64,000 nt of DNA from Nitrospirota bacterium (GCA_033854515.1 JAWOJY010000003.1:2254-66253), one strand, 5' to 3'; shown: positions 46,752-57,363, numbered from the stretch's first letter. Numbers and translations: made by a program. The notes: generated by a model from the letters alone, not told the origin.

Positions 46752-48344
46752 ATGATGGTAAAATCCACCATGTTTTCTTTCCCCCAGAGTATCCGCCAGA
46801 AGATCACGCTCGGCTACTACGCCATCATCGTCCTTATCGTCGGGCTGTCGCTGTTCATGTTCATCGAACTGAGGCTTGTTGAAAAGCGGATCATGTTCGG
46901 CGAGACCATATCGGATTTTTTTGATACCACCCTGGAGATCAGAAGGTTCGAGAAGAACTATTTCCTCTACGCCAAGGGACCCGATTACGAGGAGAACATA
47001 ACCTATGTAACCAGGGCGCAGGAAATCCTCGAGGAGAGCATTCCCGGTTTCAGCACCATCGCCAGCGCGGAGCAGATACAGACGCTGAGGGACAACCTCG
47101 GGTCGTACAAGGCCCTCATGGAACAGTATTCGGGAGCGAAGTCGAAGGGGCTTCACCTCGTTGTTCTGGAAGAGAGCATCAGGAAAAAGGGAAAAGACAT
47201 CATTACCGCTGCCGAGGCGATTTCAAAAAGCGAGCGGAAAAATCTCCAGGCCCTCCTCGCGCGGCACCAGGGCATCCTCGTCCTTTCGATCGCCGCTCTC
47301 TCCGTTCTGGCGATCATCATCGGCCAGGTGCTCTCGCGGATAGTGGTGCGGCCCCTGAAATCCCTGGAAGAGAGCATGGGCGTGATCGCCGAGGGAAAAT
47401 TCGAACGGGTATCGATCAACTCAAAAGATCGGGAGATCGTCTCGCTTACGAAGGCCTTCAATAAAATGCTGCGGGAACTCGAGCTCCACGAGCGGCACCT
47501 GATCCAGTCGGAGAAGCTCGCATCCCTCGGCACGCTCCTGTCTGGCGTAGCCCACGAGCTCAACAATCCCCTTTCCAACATTTCGTCGTCCAACCAGATC
47601 CTCACGGAAGAATTAAAAGAGTGCCTGGGATCGTGGGTCGCGGGCCCGGGAACAGGGAAAAGAGAACAGGAAAGCAAGGACAAACGTCCCTCCGCATCCC
47701 CGCCCGTGAACCCGCATTTCGTCATGGAACTCGTCGCGCAGATAAACGACCAGACCGACCGCGCCCGGAACATCGTCCGCTCCCTCCTCGATTTTTCGCG
47801 GGACAGGGAGTTCAAGAAGGAGACACTGTCGCTGAGAAAGCTTTTCGACGAAACCATCCAGTTCATCAGGGGCGACATTCCGACGAACATCACCGTTACC
47901 CTCGACGTGCCCGACGATATCTCCGTGTTCGTCGACAAGCAGCGGATCCAGCAGGCTTTCCTGAATCTGATAAAGAACGCCGTAGACGCTACGGCCCCGA
48001 AGGAAGGTAGGATATCGATCATCGCGCACCGGCAGCTTGCCATTGAAGACACCGAAGACGACAGGATCGGGATCTACAATTACCTGAAGTACCGCGGCGA
48101 ATGCCCTTTTGAGGAGGACACCGTAGACATCGAAATCCAGGACACCGGTTCGGGCATACCGATCGAGATAATCCCGAAGATCTTCGATCCCTTCTTCACC
48201 ACAAAGGAGGTGGGCAAGGGATCGGGGCTCGGTCTCTTTATCGTCCATGAGATTGTAAAGGAGCACGACGGCTGCATCGCGGTGGACAGCGAACCGGGCA
48301 AAGGAACATCATTTCTCATACGATTGCCGATGAAGGAGTCATAA
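46752..48344 (+). CDS. Sensor histidine kinase (TM, EKNYFLY-type sensor, TM, HAMP, HisKA, HATPase_c)
   Basis: RRFEKNYFLY sensor motif; H-box GVAHELNNPLSNI; N-box NLIKNAVDA; G-boxes DTGSGI and GSGLGLF. Its stop abuts the downstream sigma-54 activator (1-nt gap). Confidence 0.85.
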   Translation: MMVKSTMFSFPQSIRQKITLGYYAIIVLIVGLSLFMFIELRLVEKRIMFGETISDFFDTTLEIRRFEKNYFLYAKGPDYEENITYVTRAQEILEESIPGFSTIASAEQIQTLRDNLGSYKALMEQYSGAKSKGLHLVVLEESIRKKGKDIITAAEAISKSERKNLQALLARHQGILVLSIAALSVLAIIIGQVLSRIVVRPLKSLEESMGVIAEGKFERVSINSKDREIVSLTKAFNKMLRELELHERHLIQSEKLASLGTLLSGVAHELNNPLSNISSSNQILTEELKECLGSWVAGPGTGKREQESKDKRPSASPPVNPHFVMELVAQINDQTDRARNIVRSLLDFSRDREFKKETLSLRKLFDETIQFIRGDIPTNITVTLDVPDDISVFVDKQRIQQAFLNLIKNAVDATAPKEGRISIIAHRQLAIEDTEDDRIGIYNYLKYRGECPFEEDTVDIEIQDTGSGIPIEIIPKIFDPFFTTKEVGKGSGLGLFIVHEIVKEHDGCIAVDSEPGKGTSFLIRLPMKES

Positions 48345-48345
48345 C

Positions 48346-49707
48346 GTGGAAAACCAGGCAAAGATACTGATCGTCGACGATGAGAGGGTCGCCCTCAAGA
48401 ACCTCGAGCACGTCATGAAAAAAGAGGGCTATGACGTGACCGCGACACAGAGCGGGGCGAACGCCGTCAAGCTCCTCGAAGAGCAGCAGTTCGACATTGT
48501 GCTTACCGACCTGCGCATGGAAAAGGTCGACGGCATGCAGATTCTGAAGCGGTGCCATGAGCTGTATCCCGACACGGAGGTGATCATGATAACCGGCTAC
48601 GCCACTCTCGAATCCGCGGTCAACACCATGAAGCACGGCGCGTTCCATTACATCGCGAAACCCTTCAAGCTCGACGAGGTGAGAAAGATAGTCAAGGACG
48701 CCGCGGAAAAGATCAGGCTGAAGAAGGAGAACCGGCAACTCAGGGAGCAGCTCGAAACCTACCAGGGAAAGGTCAAGATCATCACCCAGGATCCCACGAT
48801 GCAGCGACTGCTCGACACCGCGCGCCAGATCGCGCCGACCGACTGCAACGTCATCATCACCGGCGAGAGCGGCACGGGCAAGGAGCTCTTCGCCCGCTAC
48901 ATCCATTTCAACAGCAAGCGCTCGGGGGGCCCTTTCTTCGCCGTGAACTGCGGCGCCTTTACCGAGGAACTGCTGTCGAACGAACTCTTCGGACACGAGA
49001 AGGGCGCGTTCACCGGCGCGAACGCCATGAAGAAAGGCCTCATCGAGATGGCGTCCGGCGGGACCCTGTTCCTCGACGAGGTGACCGAGATGCCCGCGTC
49101 GGCGCAGGTAAAGCTCCTTCGGGTCATTCAGGAGAAGGAAGTCATGCGCGTCGGCGGGACCGAGGCCCTGAAAGTGGACGTCCGCTTCATTGCAGCGACG
49201 AACCGCGACATCCACGACACGATGAAGAGCGGCAAGTTCCGGCAGGACCTGTACTTCAGGCTGAACGTCGTCTCCCTGAACATCCCTCCCCTGTCCGAGC
49301 GCAAGGACGATATCCCGCTTCTCACGTACTACTTCCTGAAGAAGTACTCCGTGCTCATGAAAAAAGAGATCACGGAGGTATCGCACGAAGTGCTCAACCT
49401 TCTGATGAACTATGATTTCCCCGGCAACGTCCGGGAACTCGAGAACATTATCGAACGGGGAGTGGCCCTCGCGAGCGGCGCGAGGATCGAGATCGCCCAC
49501 CTGCCGGAAGACCTGCGGGAGCTGAGCATCCGCACGTTCAGGAAGAAGGACGGAAAGATCCCGTCGCTCGAAGACCAGGAAATGGCCTATATCCAGTGGG
49601 TCCTGCAGGAGGTCGCCGGGAACAAGACCGTTGCGGCCCAGTTTCTCGGGATCGACCGCGTATCGCTGTGGAGGAAGCTCAAGAAGTACGGATTGGAGGA
49701 GGAGTAG
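48346..49707 (+). CDS. Sigma-54-dependent transcriptional activator, NtrC family
   Basis: GTG start; REC domain (ILIVDDE, DIVLTDLRMEKVDG); Walker A GESGTGKELFA; GAFTGA motif (EKGAFTGA); C-terminal HTH (KTVAAQFLGIDRVSLWRKLKK). Confidence 0.9.
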   Translation: MENQAKILIVDDERVALKNLEHVMKKEGYDVTATQSGANAVKLLEEQQFDIVLTDLRMEKVDGMQILKRCHELYPDTEVIMITGYATLESAVNTMKHGAFHYIAKPFKLDEVRKIVKDAAEKIRLKKENRQLREQLETYQGKVKIITQDPTMQRLLDTARQIAPTDCNVIITGESGTGKELFARYIHFNSKRSGGPFFAVNCGAFTEELLSNELFGHEKGAFTGANAMKKGLIEMASGGTLFLDEVTEMPASAQVKLLRVIQEKEVMRVGGTEALKVDVRFIAATNRDIHDTMKSGKFRQDLYFRLNVVSLNIPPLSERKDDIPLLTYYFLKKYSVLMKKEITEVSHEVLNLLMNYDFPGNVRELENIIERGVALASGARIEIAHLPEDLRELSIRTFRKKDGKIPSLEDQEMAYIQWVLQEVAGNKTVAAQFLGIDRVSLWRKLKKYGLEEE

Positions 49708-50070
49708 AAGCGGTTCAATTGTCTCTCCTGCCCTTTCTTGACATACCGTATTCTGCAGTGTCGGTACTTTCCGCAAGCTTGCCCGAAAAGATGTCCCTCG
49801 AATATGCACGTTCATACCATCGTATGAACATTTCTAAGCCACTTTTATCTTCATCCACCTATTCCTTCATCATCTCGAAAAAAAAGGTACAATAGATTTA
49901 TTAGCAGGATCCTGAAAAAATCGCACAATGTCATCGCGAGGAGACGGCTCAAAGACTATTTCCACAACCTGTTAAAGCTATATTGAGCAGCGGCGAACCG
50001 GTCTCCGGATGGGGGCATATCATTTTGACATCGATTCATATGACGCATAAGCGTTCTACGGAGGTCAACC

Positions 50071-50991
50071 ATGACAACCACCAGAAAGATACGCAAGGTC
50101 TTGAAAGGCAAACCCGTGATCGAAGGGGCCGGCGTCCACCTCCACCGGGTGTTCGGGAACAGCCATGTCCCGATGTTCGACCCCTTCCTGCTTCTCGATG
50201 ATTTCCGCAACAACGATCCCTATCAATACATCAAGGGATTCCCGTGGCACCCGCATCGCGGCATCGAGACGATCACCTATGTTCTTACGGGCGACGTTGA
50301 GCATGGCGACAGCATGGGGAACAAGGGCGTCATCACCTCGGGCGACACGCAGTGGATGACAGCGGGAAGCGGGATCATTCACCAGGAAATGCCCCGGGGA
50401 GACGACAACGGGGTGATGGAGGGATTTCAGCTTTGGGCCAATCTCCCGAAGTCACACAAGATGATGGACCCACGGTACCGGGACGTAAAAAGCGCGCAGG
50501 TCCCCGAGGTCGTGCTGAAGAACGAAGCAAAGATCAGGATCATCTGCGGCACGGTGGACGGAAAACAGGGGCCGGTCCGGGACATTGTAACCGACCCGGA
50601 GTATCTCGACGTGACAGTCCCCGCCCATTCCGAATTCGTCCACACAACCAAGCGCGGGCACACGGCGTTCGCCTACGTCATCGATGGAAAGGGCCTCTTC
50701 TGCAATGAGAAGGATCCCTTTGCTTACCACGTCGAAGGAGTGAACTATTTTGACATGCAGCGGGATTCCTTTGTGCGAAACGGGATGCTCGTCCTTTTTG
50801 ACGACGGCGACCAGGTCACCGTCTCGACGCAAGGCGATGCCGTCCGCTTCCTTCTCATAACGGCAAAACCCATCAATGAGCCCGTGGCCTGGTATGGCCC
50901 AATCGTGATGAATACAGAAGAGGAATTGCGGACCGCTTTTGAAGAGTACCGGGACGGCACGTTCATCAAATACGGGAAAAAACGATCTTAA
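50071..50991 (+). CDS. Pirin-family bicupin protein
   Basis: HPHRGIETITYVLTGDVEHGDSMGNKGVI...QWMTAGSGIIHQEMP is the pirin metal-binding cupin signature; RBS GGAGG 7 nt upstream. Confidence 0.85.
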   Translation: MTTTRKIRKVLKGKPVIEGAGVHLHRVFGNSHVPMFDPFLLLDDFRNNDPYQYIKGFPWHPHRGIETITYVLTGDVEHGDSMGNKGVITSGDTQWMTAGSGIIHQEMPRGDDNGVMEGFQLWANLPKSHKMMDPRYRDVKSAQVPEVVLKNEAKIRIICGTVDGKQGPVRDIVTDPEYLDVTVPAHSEFVHTTKRGHTAFAYVIDGKGLFCNEKDPFAYHVEGVNYFDMQRDSFVRNGMLVLFDDGDQVTVSTQGDAVRFLLITAKPINEPVAWYGPIVMNTEEELRTAFEEYRDGTFIKYGKKRS

Positions 50992-51403
50992 GACAACTTG
51001 AGCTACCAGGCCCCCGCTCTTTTAAGTTGTAATATAATATTTGATCTGATTTCAATACTCGTCTTTGACCGGAGGGCGACTGTCGCTGTCACGAAAGTCG
51101 CTCAGGACTGATTGTAGTCGGCGTCTGGGCGGGAATGGAGCCTAAGAACGGCTGGAATTGCAGATGTAATGTGAAGCGTATGTTTCATAGCAGAATTCTG
51201 CATACCCAAAAAATATCCTTCTTTTCCACTTTATCTTACTGAAAATTTCCGTTATAATTTTTTTTGTCGATCAATGGATCTTCTGAAGTTATGAGCGACA
51301 GGCTGCGTTGAAAATTGAAGATTACAATCAGAAATTCTGAGGAGATAAACTGTTAGATCGCCGGTGCAGGTTACATCCGGTAATCGAAGGTAGAGCATTT
51401 GCT

Positions 51404-52177
51404 ATGCGAAAACGATCTACTTCCGGCGCCAGGTTTATATCGAAAGGGCTCGTGGTACTTTACGAGGATAAAGACATTCTTGTTGTGGACAAACCAGCGG
51501 GCCTTTTGACGGTCGCTACGGAGAGGGAAAAATCGCGCACGGCTCAATCCATATTAACGGACTATATCCGCAAGGGTTGCGGCAGATGTCGAAAACGTCT
51601 ATTCGTCGTACACCGGCTGGACAGGGACACGTCCGGGACGCTCATCTTTGCAAAAAGCGAAGACGCGATGCACCGCTTGAAGGCGCAATGGAAACAGACA
51701 GAGAAGAAATATCTTGCAGTGGTTCACGGCAGGTGCGAGAAGAACTCGGAAACTATTACGACATACCTGGCTGAGGACAAAGGTTATAACGTTTACTCTA
51801 CGTCTGACAGCACAAAGGGCAAGCTGTCTCAAACGGCCTATAAAGTACTCAGGATGACGAAAAGAGTTTCCCTGCTGGAAGTCGTCCTGTTAACGGGCAG
51901 GAAGAATCAGATACGAGTACATCTCGCCGGTATCGGACACCCGATTGTGGGCGACACAAAGTATGGGAAAGAAGATGACTCGCAGCCGCGCTTGGCGCTT
52001 CATGCCAGATCGATTTCCTTCAGACATCCCTTCAGCGGCAAGCAACTCACGATCAAATCAGAAGTGCCGGTATTTTTTACAACGCTCGTGGGTCGTTTTG
52101 ACCGGCAGAGCGACCGCGCAAAACCCTCAACCGTATCGCTGAAATCCATGCAGACACGGATCCCATCGGCGGATTAG
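51404..52177 (+). CDS. RluA-family pseudouridine synthase
   Basis: VVDKPAGLLTV and the catalytic HRLDRDTSGTLIFAK motif; 257 aa. Confidence 0.8.
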   Translation: MRKRSTSGARFISKGLVVLYEDKDILVVDKPAGLLTVATEREKSRTAQSILTDYIRKGCGRCRKRLFVVHRLDRDTSGTLIFAKSEDAMHRLKAQWKQTEKKYLAVVHGRCEKNSETITTYLAEDKGYNVYSTSDSTKGKLSQTAYKVLRMTKRVSLLEVVLLTGRKNQIRVHLAGIGHPIVGDTKYGKEDDSQPRLALHARSISFRHPFSGKQLTIKSEVPVFFTTLVGRFDRQSDRAKPSTVSLKSMQTRIPSAD

Positions 52178-52203
52178 ACACACGCTGTCTCCATGCGATT
52201 GTT

Positions 52204-52560
52204 TTGTTTACATCGAAGCCGCACTACGCTATAATGAGAGCCGTCGAAATGGACATGATGAGATTTAAAATTTTCAATTCAAGCTTAAAGTTCTGTACGA
52301 GCATCCATCTCGTGCTGTTCTTTGCCGCTATCATCTGGTTCATGCCGCCAGGGTCTGTAGCCGGGGTGATCGACCAATTGGATGAAATACTTGAATTCAT
52401 ATTTAGCACGGTTCCTCTTAAAAATTTTTACATGCTCAACGATTTAACTGCAAACATGAACGCAGCACGATTGATCGCGATATTTTTTGTCACAGTTCTA
52501 CCCGGTTATGTGATTGGGTACCTACTGTTTTTGCGATTTTTCAAGAAACAGATTCAATAA
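52204..52560 (+). CDS. Possible small membrane protein in a lower-GC stretch
   Basis: ORF with two or three hydrophobic segments; no clear RBS; low confidence. Confidence 0.3.
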   Translation: MFTSKPHYAIMRAVEMDMMRFKIFNSSLKFCTSIHLVLFFAAIIWFMPPGSVAGVIDQLDEILEFIFSTVPLKNFYMLNDLTANMNAARLIAIFFVTVLPGYVIGYLLFLRFFKKQIQ

Positions 52561-52652
52561 GGCAGCGCTGCTTCATGAATATAATGTGCTGATTTTTGGG
52601 GACATCCAATGGTCCCCTATGCTTTCCAGGCATCTAATAAGGAGGAAACATT

Positions 52653-52955
52653 ATGAAGAGCAGAGAGGAATATATCGATAAGTTGGCAGCGCAGCTCAAA
52701 GAGTGGTCCGCCAAGGTCGATGAACTTGAGTCCAAGGCCCGTGCGGCCAAGGCCGATATGAAAACTGAGTACGAAAACCAGATCGGGCAACTCAAAGCCA
52801 AGCGGGATGCCGCGACGAAGAAACTTCAGGAGCTTAAGGGTGCGAGCGGCGAAGCCTGGGACACTCTGAAGGCGGGCGCAGAAACAGCATGGGCAGACCT
52901 GAAGAAAGCCGTCACTGCGGCAAAAGAGAGGTTTAAAAAGCCGGGCGGGGGGTAA
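52653..52955 (+). CDS. Small coiled-coil protein (100 aa)
   Basis: Strong RBS TAAGGAGGAAACATT; Ala/Lys/Glu-rich heptad sequence ending in GGG. Confidence 0.55.
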   Translation: MKSREEYIDKLAAQLKEWSAKVDELESKARAAKADMKTEYENQIGQLKAKRDAATKKLQELKGASGEAWDTLKAGAETAWADLKKAVTAAKERFKKPGGG

Positions 52956-53063
52956 TCAAGTATAACAAGGAACGAGAAGTGACCCCCAATAGCCCACCTA
53001 ACCAGTGGACGAGTCCGGGCTGAGAATCGCGCGGCTCGCCGCCCGTTTGATCAAAGAGAGCAT

Positions 53064-53864
53064 ATGGGTAACATTCTTCTTTGCCAACTGACACTTATAA
53101 TATTTATACCGGCTCTTCCAAGCTGTGACCTGCAAACCAAGATGCTCTATTACCCAAATTCATATATCCCCTCGCAAGAATCGCTCGCTGCCGACAATAT
53201 TCAATTCTGGCCTTCGGGTCCCAACGGCTATCGGGGCTTTCTCAGCACCGCATCGCTCAACAACGGCAAAGGCACCCTCATAGTTTTTCACGGAAACGCT
53301 GGGACCGCGTCGGATAGGATATTTTATGTGAAAGCCTTGTCGTCTCTCGGGTTTCGGGTGGTACTCGCCGAATATCCGGCATATGGAGGGCGGAAAGGAG
53401 AACTGGGTGAGACCGCATTCGTGAACGACGCAAAGGAGACACTGCGCCTCGTATTAGAAAAATACGGGAAACCGGTTTTCCTGCTGGGGGAATCCCTTGG
53501 GTGCGGAGTGGCGGCGTCGGTCGTCAGGGACGCACCCGTTCCCATAGAAGGGATTATTCTTATTACGCCTTGGGATACGCTCATGTCAGTCGCAAAGGAG
53601 AAATTTCCATGGTTTCCGGCCCGTTTGTTCCTTAGGGATAAATATGACACCGTCGAGAATCTGAAGACGTTTCTGGGAAGAGTCGCAGTTGTCGGGGTCG
53701 AGCGGGACGAGGTCATTCCGGTACAGCACGCGCTGGCGTTGTTTGAATCATTGCCGGGGAACAAAAAGATGTGGACTATTAAAGGTGCAGGACATAACGA
53801 TTGGCCTGCTCTCGTAGGGCCCTCGTTGTGGAAAGAACTCACGGAATTCATCGTAGGGAAATAG
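53064..53864 (+). CDS. Alpha/beta-hydrolase fold protein (predicted secreted or lipoprotein)
   Basis: Hydrophobic N-terminus with Cys; nucleophile elbow GESLG; downstream Asp/His candidates (VERDEVIPV, GAGHNDW). Confidence 0.7.
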   Translation: MGNILLCQLTLIIFIPALPSCDLQTKMLYYPNSYIPSQESLAADNIQFWPSGPNGYRGFLSTASLNNGKGTLIVFHGNAGTASDRIFYVKALSSLGFRVVLAEYPAYGGRKGELGETAFVNDAKETLRLVLEKYGKPVFLLGESLGCGVAASVVRDAPVPIEGIILITPWDTLMSVAKEKFPWFPARLFLRDKYDTVENLKTFLGRVAVVGVERDEVIPVQHALALFESLPGNKKMWTIKGAGHNDWPALVGPSLWKELTEFIVGK

Positions 53865-54006
53865 AATATTATAGAGAAAGGAATTTGTCAGATATATTTC
53901 GGACGGTGAATACTTCAGAGAAGGGTCCCACGCGTAGTTCTTCCTTTTATGTTAAAGGTGTTGTGGTTTCCATTTTCATTAATTCACGATGTTTCATTCG
54001 TTTCGT

Positions 54007-56364
54007 TCACGAGACTGACCTAGACCTGATAGTCGGCTTGCACCCGGTCGATATCGAATCGGGACGGTCTACGGGCAATTTTGGCCTGTGAGGAAAATAG
54101 AGGCTGAACGATGAGCCTGTTCCAATCCTACTTTCAACAGAAATAAACCCTCCATGATCTTCTACAATCTTCTTCGCAATGGAAAGACCCAGCCCGGTCC
54201 CTTTCAGAAGTAATTTTGTAGTAAAAAAAGGCTCGAAAATCTTGCTCAAATCCTCTTCCGGTATGCCTTTACCCGTGTCTTTGATTTTTACCGATACATA
54301 TCGTGATCCTCTAACTACTTCAGTATCTGTAACGACAGTAAGTGTGCCCCCATCGGGCATTGCATCTATGGCATTGGATATAAGGTTCTCGATTGCCTCT
54401 AGGATTTGTTCCTTATCTCCATCCATAGGAGAAACGTCGTAAAATGACCTCTCCGCAACTATAGACTGTTCTATGCACATGTCTTCGTAACTCTTTAATG
54501 CCGTCTCAATTATTTCATGGACATTACATTCCTTCATAAGAGGACCCGTACCCCGCGAGAAGGAAAGGATATTGCGCAAAATCCTCTCCAGTCTATTGAC
54601 TTCCGCGATTACGATTCCAGTATATGTTTTCTCTTTCGTCTCTTTGGCCAATTTGTTGTCGAGTCTCCTTGAGAACCCACCGATTATCGTGAGTGGATTC
54701 CTGATCTGATGTGCAACATTGGCCGTGAACCTCCCGAGTGCTGAGAATTTTTCAGATTCAGCGAGCTGTTTCCTAAGCTGATGTTTTTCCATTTCAACCT
54801 TATGGCGCTCGATGATGCCGGCAAGTGTATTCGCTACGGAAGACAGCATCCTCTCCTCTTCCGTACTCCGTTTATGCCCCTTTTCAACATAGACGTTCAT
54901 TGCTCCGATTGCACGCGCACCTGAGACAATCGGAACGCAATAATGTCCGTGAGGAGGCAAATCGTCATGCTCTATTTCGTGGCAGCTGTCACTGCTATCA
55001 GCGAATATGACTTCACGCGCAGACGCAGTCAGCCCGCAGAGACATTTCCCGAAAGGGACTTTCGCGCAGTCAGCCCGCATTGATTCGGGTAGCCCGTGTT
55101 GGGCCTTCATCACCAAGAGCTCAGGGTCGTCCTCAACGAGATATATGCAGCCTCTCGATTGGGAGGAAAGAAAGGGCAGGGTAAGGATGGCATCTATTAT
55201 GCGCTCCATTTGTTCATCGAGAGAGATCGGTTCCAACGAACTCTGCAAAATTGAACTTATAATGCTTTGAAAATGGAAGTCCCTGCTAATAATTTCTTGT
55301 GAGGAAACGACCTCCTCTGTCAGGCGATGGAACCTTTCTTCTAATATATCCAATTCATCTCCGTGTGCGGGACTGTGCACCTTCCCGTGCAACACCTGCT
55401 CAGAAAAGTCGGCAATACGCTGGGCCAACCGGCCGGTACGCCTCGTAATCCAGAGCATTATCGACACGAAAACCGATATCAGAATGAGGACGGCTATTGC
55501 CCTTTGCTCCCTCCCCGCAAAAAGGATGGCCCTACTTATCTTATCGTACTCGTCATTGGATACGAGTGAGAGGAACTGCACGAGCAGGTCCGAGGAGCCC
55601 GTATCGAAAAATGATTTGCCCGTTATGTGATAGCGGCGCCTTATCTCGCCGAGCGAAGTACCGGCAGGCAGGTCGTCGGGCCTGTTGCTGGCAAGAATCA
55701 CGGGTTCGCCGCCTGAAACGAGGACCACCGTTATCCGCTCGTTCGACAGCCCCTGCGAAGCGATGAGGAAATCGTCATTAAGGGGACTGGCCATCATCAA
55801 TATGGCTATTATCTTCTTCTGCCGGCTGAAGACAGGTTGGGCCGTGATGACAAAGGGCGCTCCATCGATGTTGGTCATTAAGCTCTGGTTGAAACTCAGT
55901 TGTGTCAAGAGGTTGTCGGGGTGTAGCAGTGAAGGCGGTGGGGGGTTGGGAAGACTCTGATAGACCTCTCTCACATTCCCTTCACCGTCCATGAGAAGGG
56001 CATAGGATATCTGCACCAGGCTCCTCAGCGCGGAGGGATCCGGCAGCCACGGGGGTACATTCCTGTAATACTTGATCCCGGTGCCTGCCCTGATATCATT
56101 CCGGGCGAGGTAGTCGCTGAACCGTTTCTGCGATACAGAGAGTTTGACGGCGTTGTGATGCGCCTCCACATAGTTATCAAAGCGCACTCTCGCTTCTTGC
56201 GCCCGGATATTTAATTGTTCGGTAAGCTTTGCATTAAAAATTGCCTTCAATTGCCGGCTCTGGACATAGTCAAGAATTCCCCAGGAAAGAAGCCCGACCG
56301 TAACCGCCAGAATCAGCATCTTGTAAGTAAGCGGGATACGCCTTAAGGTCGAGATATCATCCAT
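54007..56364 (-). CDS. Sensor histidine kinase with a periplasmic sensor region and a cytoplasmic GAF domain
   Basis: Two TM helices flank a periplasmic region of about 280 aa; a GAF-like segment follows (…CGLTASAREVIFADSSDS…HGHYCVPIVSGARAIGAMNVY); H-box ANVAHQIRNPLTII; HATPase boxes (ISNAIDA, DTGKGI, GTGLGLS). Confidence 0.85.
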   Translation of the reverse strand: MDDISTLRRIPLTYKMLILAVTVGLLSWGILDYVQSRQLKAIFNAKLTEQLNIRAQEARVRFDNYVEAHHNAVKLSVSQKRFSDYLARNDIRAGTGIKYYRNVPPWLPDPSALRSLVQISYALLMDGEGNVREVYQSLPNPPPPSLLHPDNLLTQLSFNQSLMTNIDGAPFVITAQPVFSRQKKIIAILMMASPLNDDFLIASQGLSNERITVVLVSGGEPVILASNRPDDLPAGTSLGEIRRRYHITGKSFFDTGSSDLLVQFLSLVSNDEYDKISRAILFAGREQRAIAVLILISVFVSIMLWITRRTGRLAQRIADFSEQVLHGKVHSPAHGDELDILEERFHRLTEEVVSSQEIISRDFHFQSIISSILQSSLEPISLDEQMERIIDAILTLPFLSSQSRGCIYLVEDDPELLVMKAQHGLPESMRADCAKVPFGKCLCGLTASAREVIFADSSDSCHEIEHDDLPPHGHYCVPIVSGARAIGAMNVYVEKGHKRSTEEERMLSSVANTLAGIIERHKVEMEKHQLRKQLAESEKFSALGRFTANVAHQIRNPLTIIGGFSRRLDNKLAKETKEKTYTGIVIAEVNRLERILRNILSFSRGTGPLMKECNVHEIIETALKSYEDMCIEQSIVAERSFYDVSPMDGDKEQILEAIENLISNAIDAMPDGGTLTVVTDTEVVRGSRYVSVKIKDTGKGIPEEDLSKIFEPFFTTKLLLKGTGLGLSIAKKIVEDHGGFISVESRIGTGSSFSLYFPHRPKLPVDRPDSISTGCKPTIRSRSVS

Positions 56365-56367
56365 CTT

Positions 56368-57363
56368 TTAATCGGGCTCGCCGATGAGCTCGTCCTCCTT
56401 AAACTTCCAGCCGGCCTTACGGAGCTTCGATGCCGGGACAAACCCGAGCCCGGGACCAAGGGTGTCCGCCTCCTTCATCAGGTAATCGACAAGCGCCCTG
56501 GCCCTGAGGTTCTCCACGCCTTTGCCTTCCCAGGTCGTAATGTTATACGTGCGATAGAAAGGATACTTCTTTGCAGCGATGGCAGCGACATCAGTCGCGG
56601 AGTAGCCGTTGATCCTGAGCGGCTTCACCTTGCCAACGTTGCTGTAATGCTCGACCATGCCGAGCACTTCCCAGCCGATCGCCCCCTTGTTGGCCGAGAC
56701 CTGCGCTATCATGTCCGGCATGGAGCCGACCTCATACAACCTCGGGCTGAAGCGGTCTTCGTTGTCAAGGAGCAGCCTCCAGTGGCCAGGCCTCAGAGGG
56801 CAATGAAACCTTCCTATGGGCCTTATCACCCACTGAGGCCCTGGTTTGCCGTCCCTGTCCTTGAGTTCAGACCATCGGTACAGTTTCCCCTGGAAGATGC
56901 CTTCCAGTTCTTTTGCGGATATGGATTCGATCGGATTATCGAGATGAACGAGGAATGCCTTCGCGACGATCCCGAGCGTATGAAACTTGAGCCCCGGCAG
57001 CCTGTCTTCCTTACCCGGGGGACAGCAGAACCCTCCGATGTCGACTACTTTGCGGTTTAACATCCCGGCAGAAATTCCACAGGTCCCTTCTTTTACTGCT
57101 ATTTTGAGGCCGTGTAGCTTTGCATATTTTTGTATGAGCGGCGATATCAGCTGATATACATCCTGCTCGAGTGTCACGGAAATGTCCGCATTGTCTGCCC
57201 ACTTTTCATACCTGATCGGCTTTTTCTTCCACTCAGAGGGCATCTCAAATGTCTGTCTGGGGTCGGTGAATGACGGGCCTTTTAGAGGCTCAGCAGCGCG
57301 CACGGCGACTCCGAATAAAAGTGCAATGACTGGAATGAGAAAGCCCGGCACAAAATGTTTCAT
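56368..57363 (-). CDS. Periplasmic substrate-binding protein (PstS-like / PBP_like_2), co-transcribed with the GAF histidine kinase
   Basis: Signal peptide MKHFVPGFLIPVIALLFGVAVRA; type-2 periplasmic-binding-fold length and pattern; 4-nt gap to the kinase gene. Confidence 0.5.
   Translation of the reverse strand: MKHFVPGFLIPVIALLFGVAVRAAEPLKGPSFTDPRQTFEMPSEWKKKPIRYEKWADNADISVTLEQDVYQLISPLIQKYAKLHGLKIAVKEGTCGISAGMLNRKVVDIGGFCCPPGKEDRLPGLKFHTLGIVAKAFLVHLDNPIESISAKELEGIFQGKLYRWSELKDRDGKPGPQWVIRPIGRFHCPLRPGHWRLLLDNEDRFSPRLYEVGSMPDMIAQVSANKGAIGWEVLGMVEHYSNVGKVKPLRINGYSATDVAAIAAKKYPFYRTYNITTWEGKGVENLRARALVDYLMKEADTLGPGLGFVPASKLRKAGWKFKEDELIGEPD

Noticed and set aside
48316-49815. 499-aa minus-strand ORF
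   Set aside because: Antisense to the sigma-54 activator gene.
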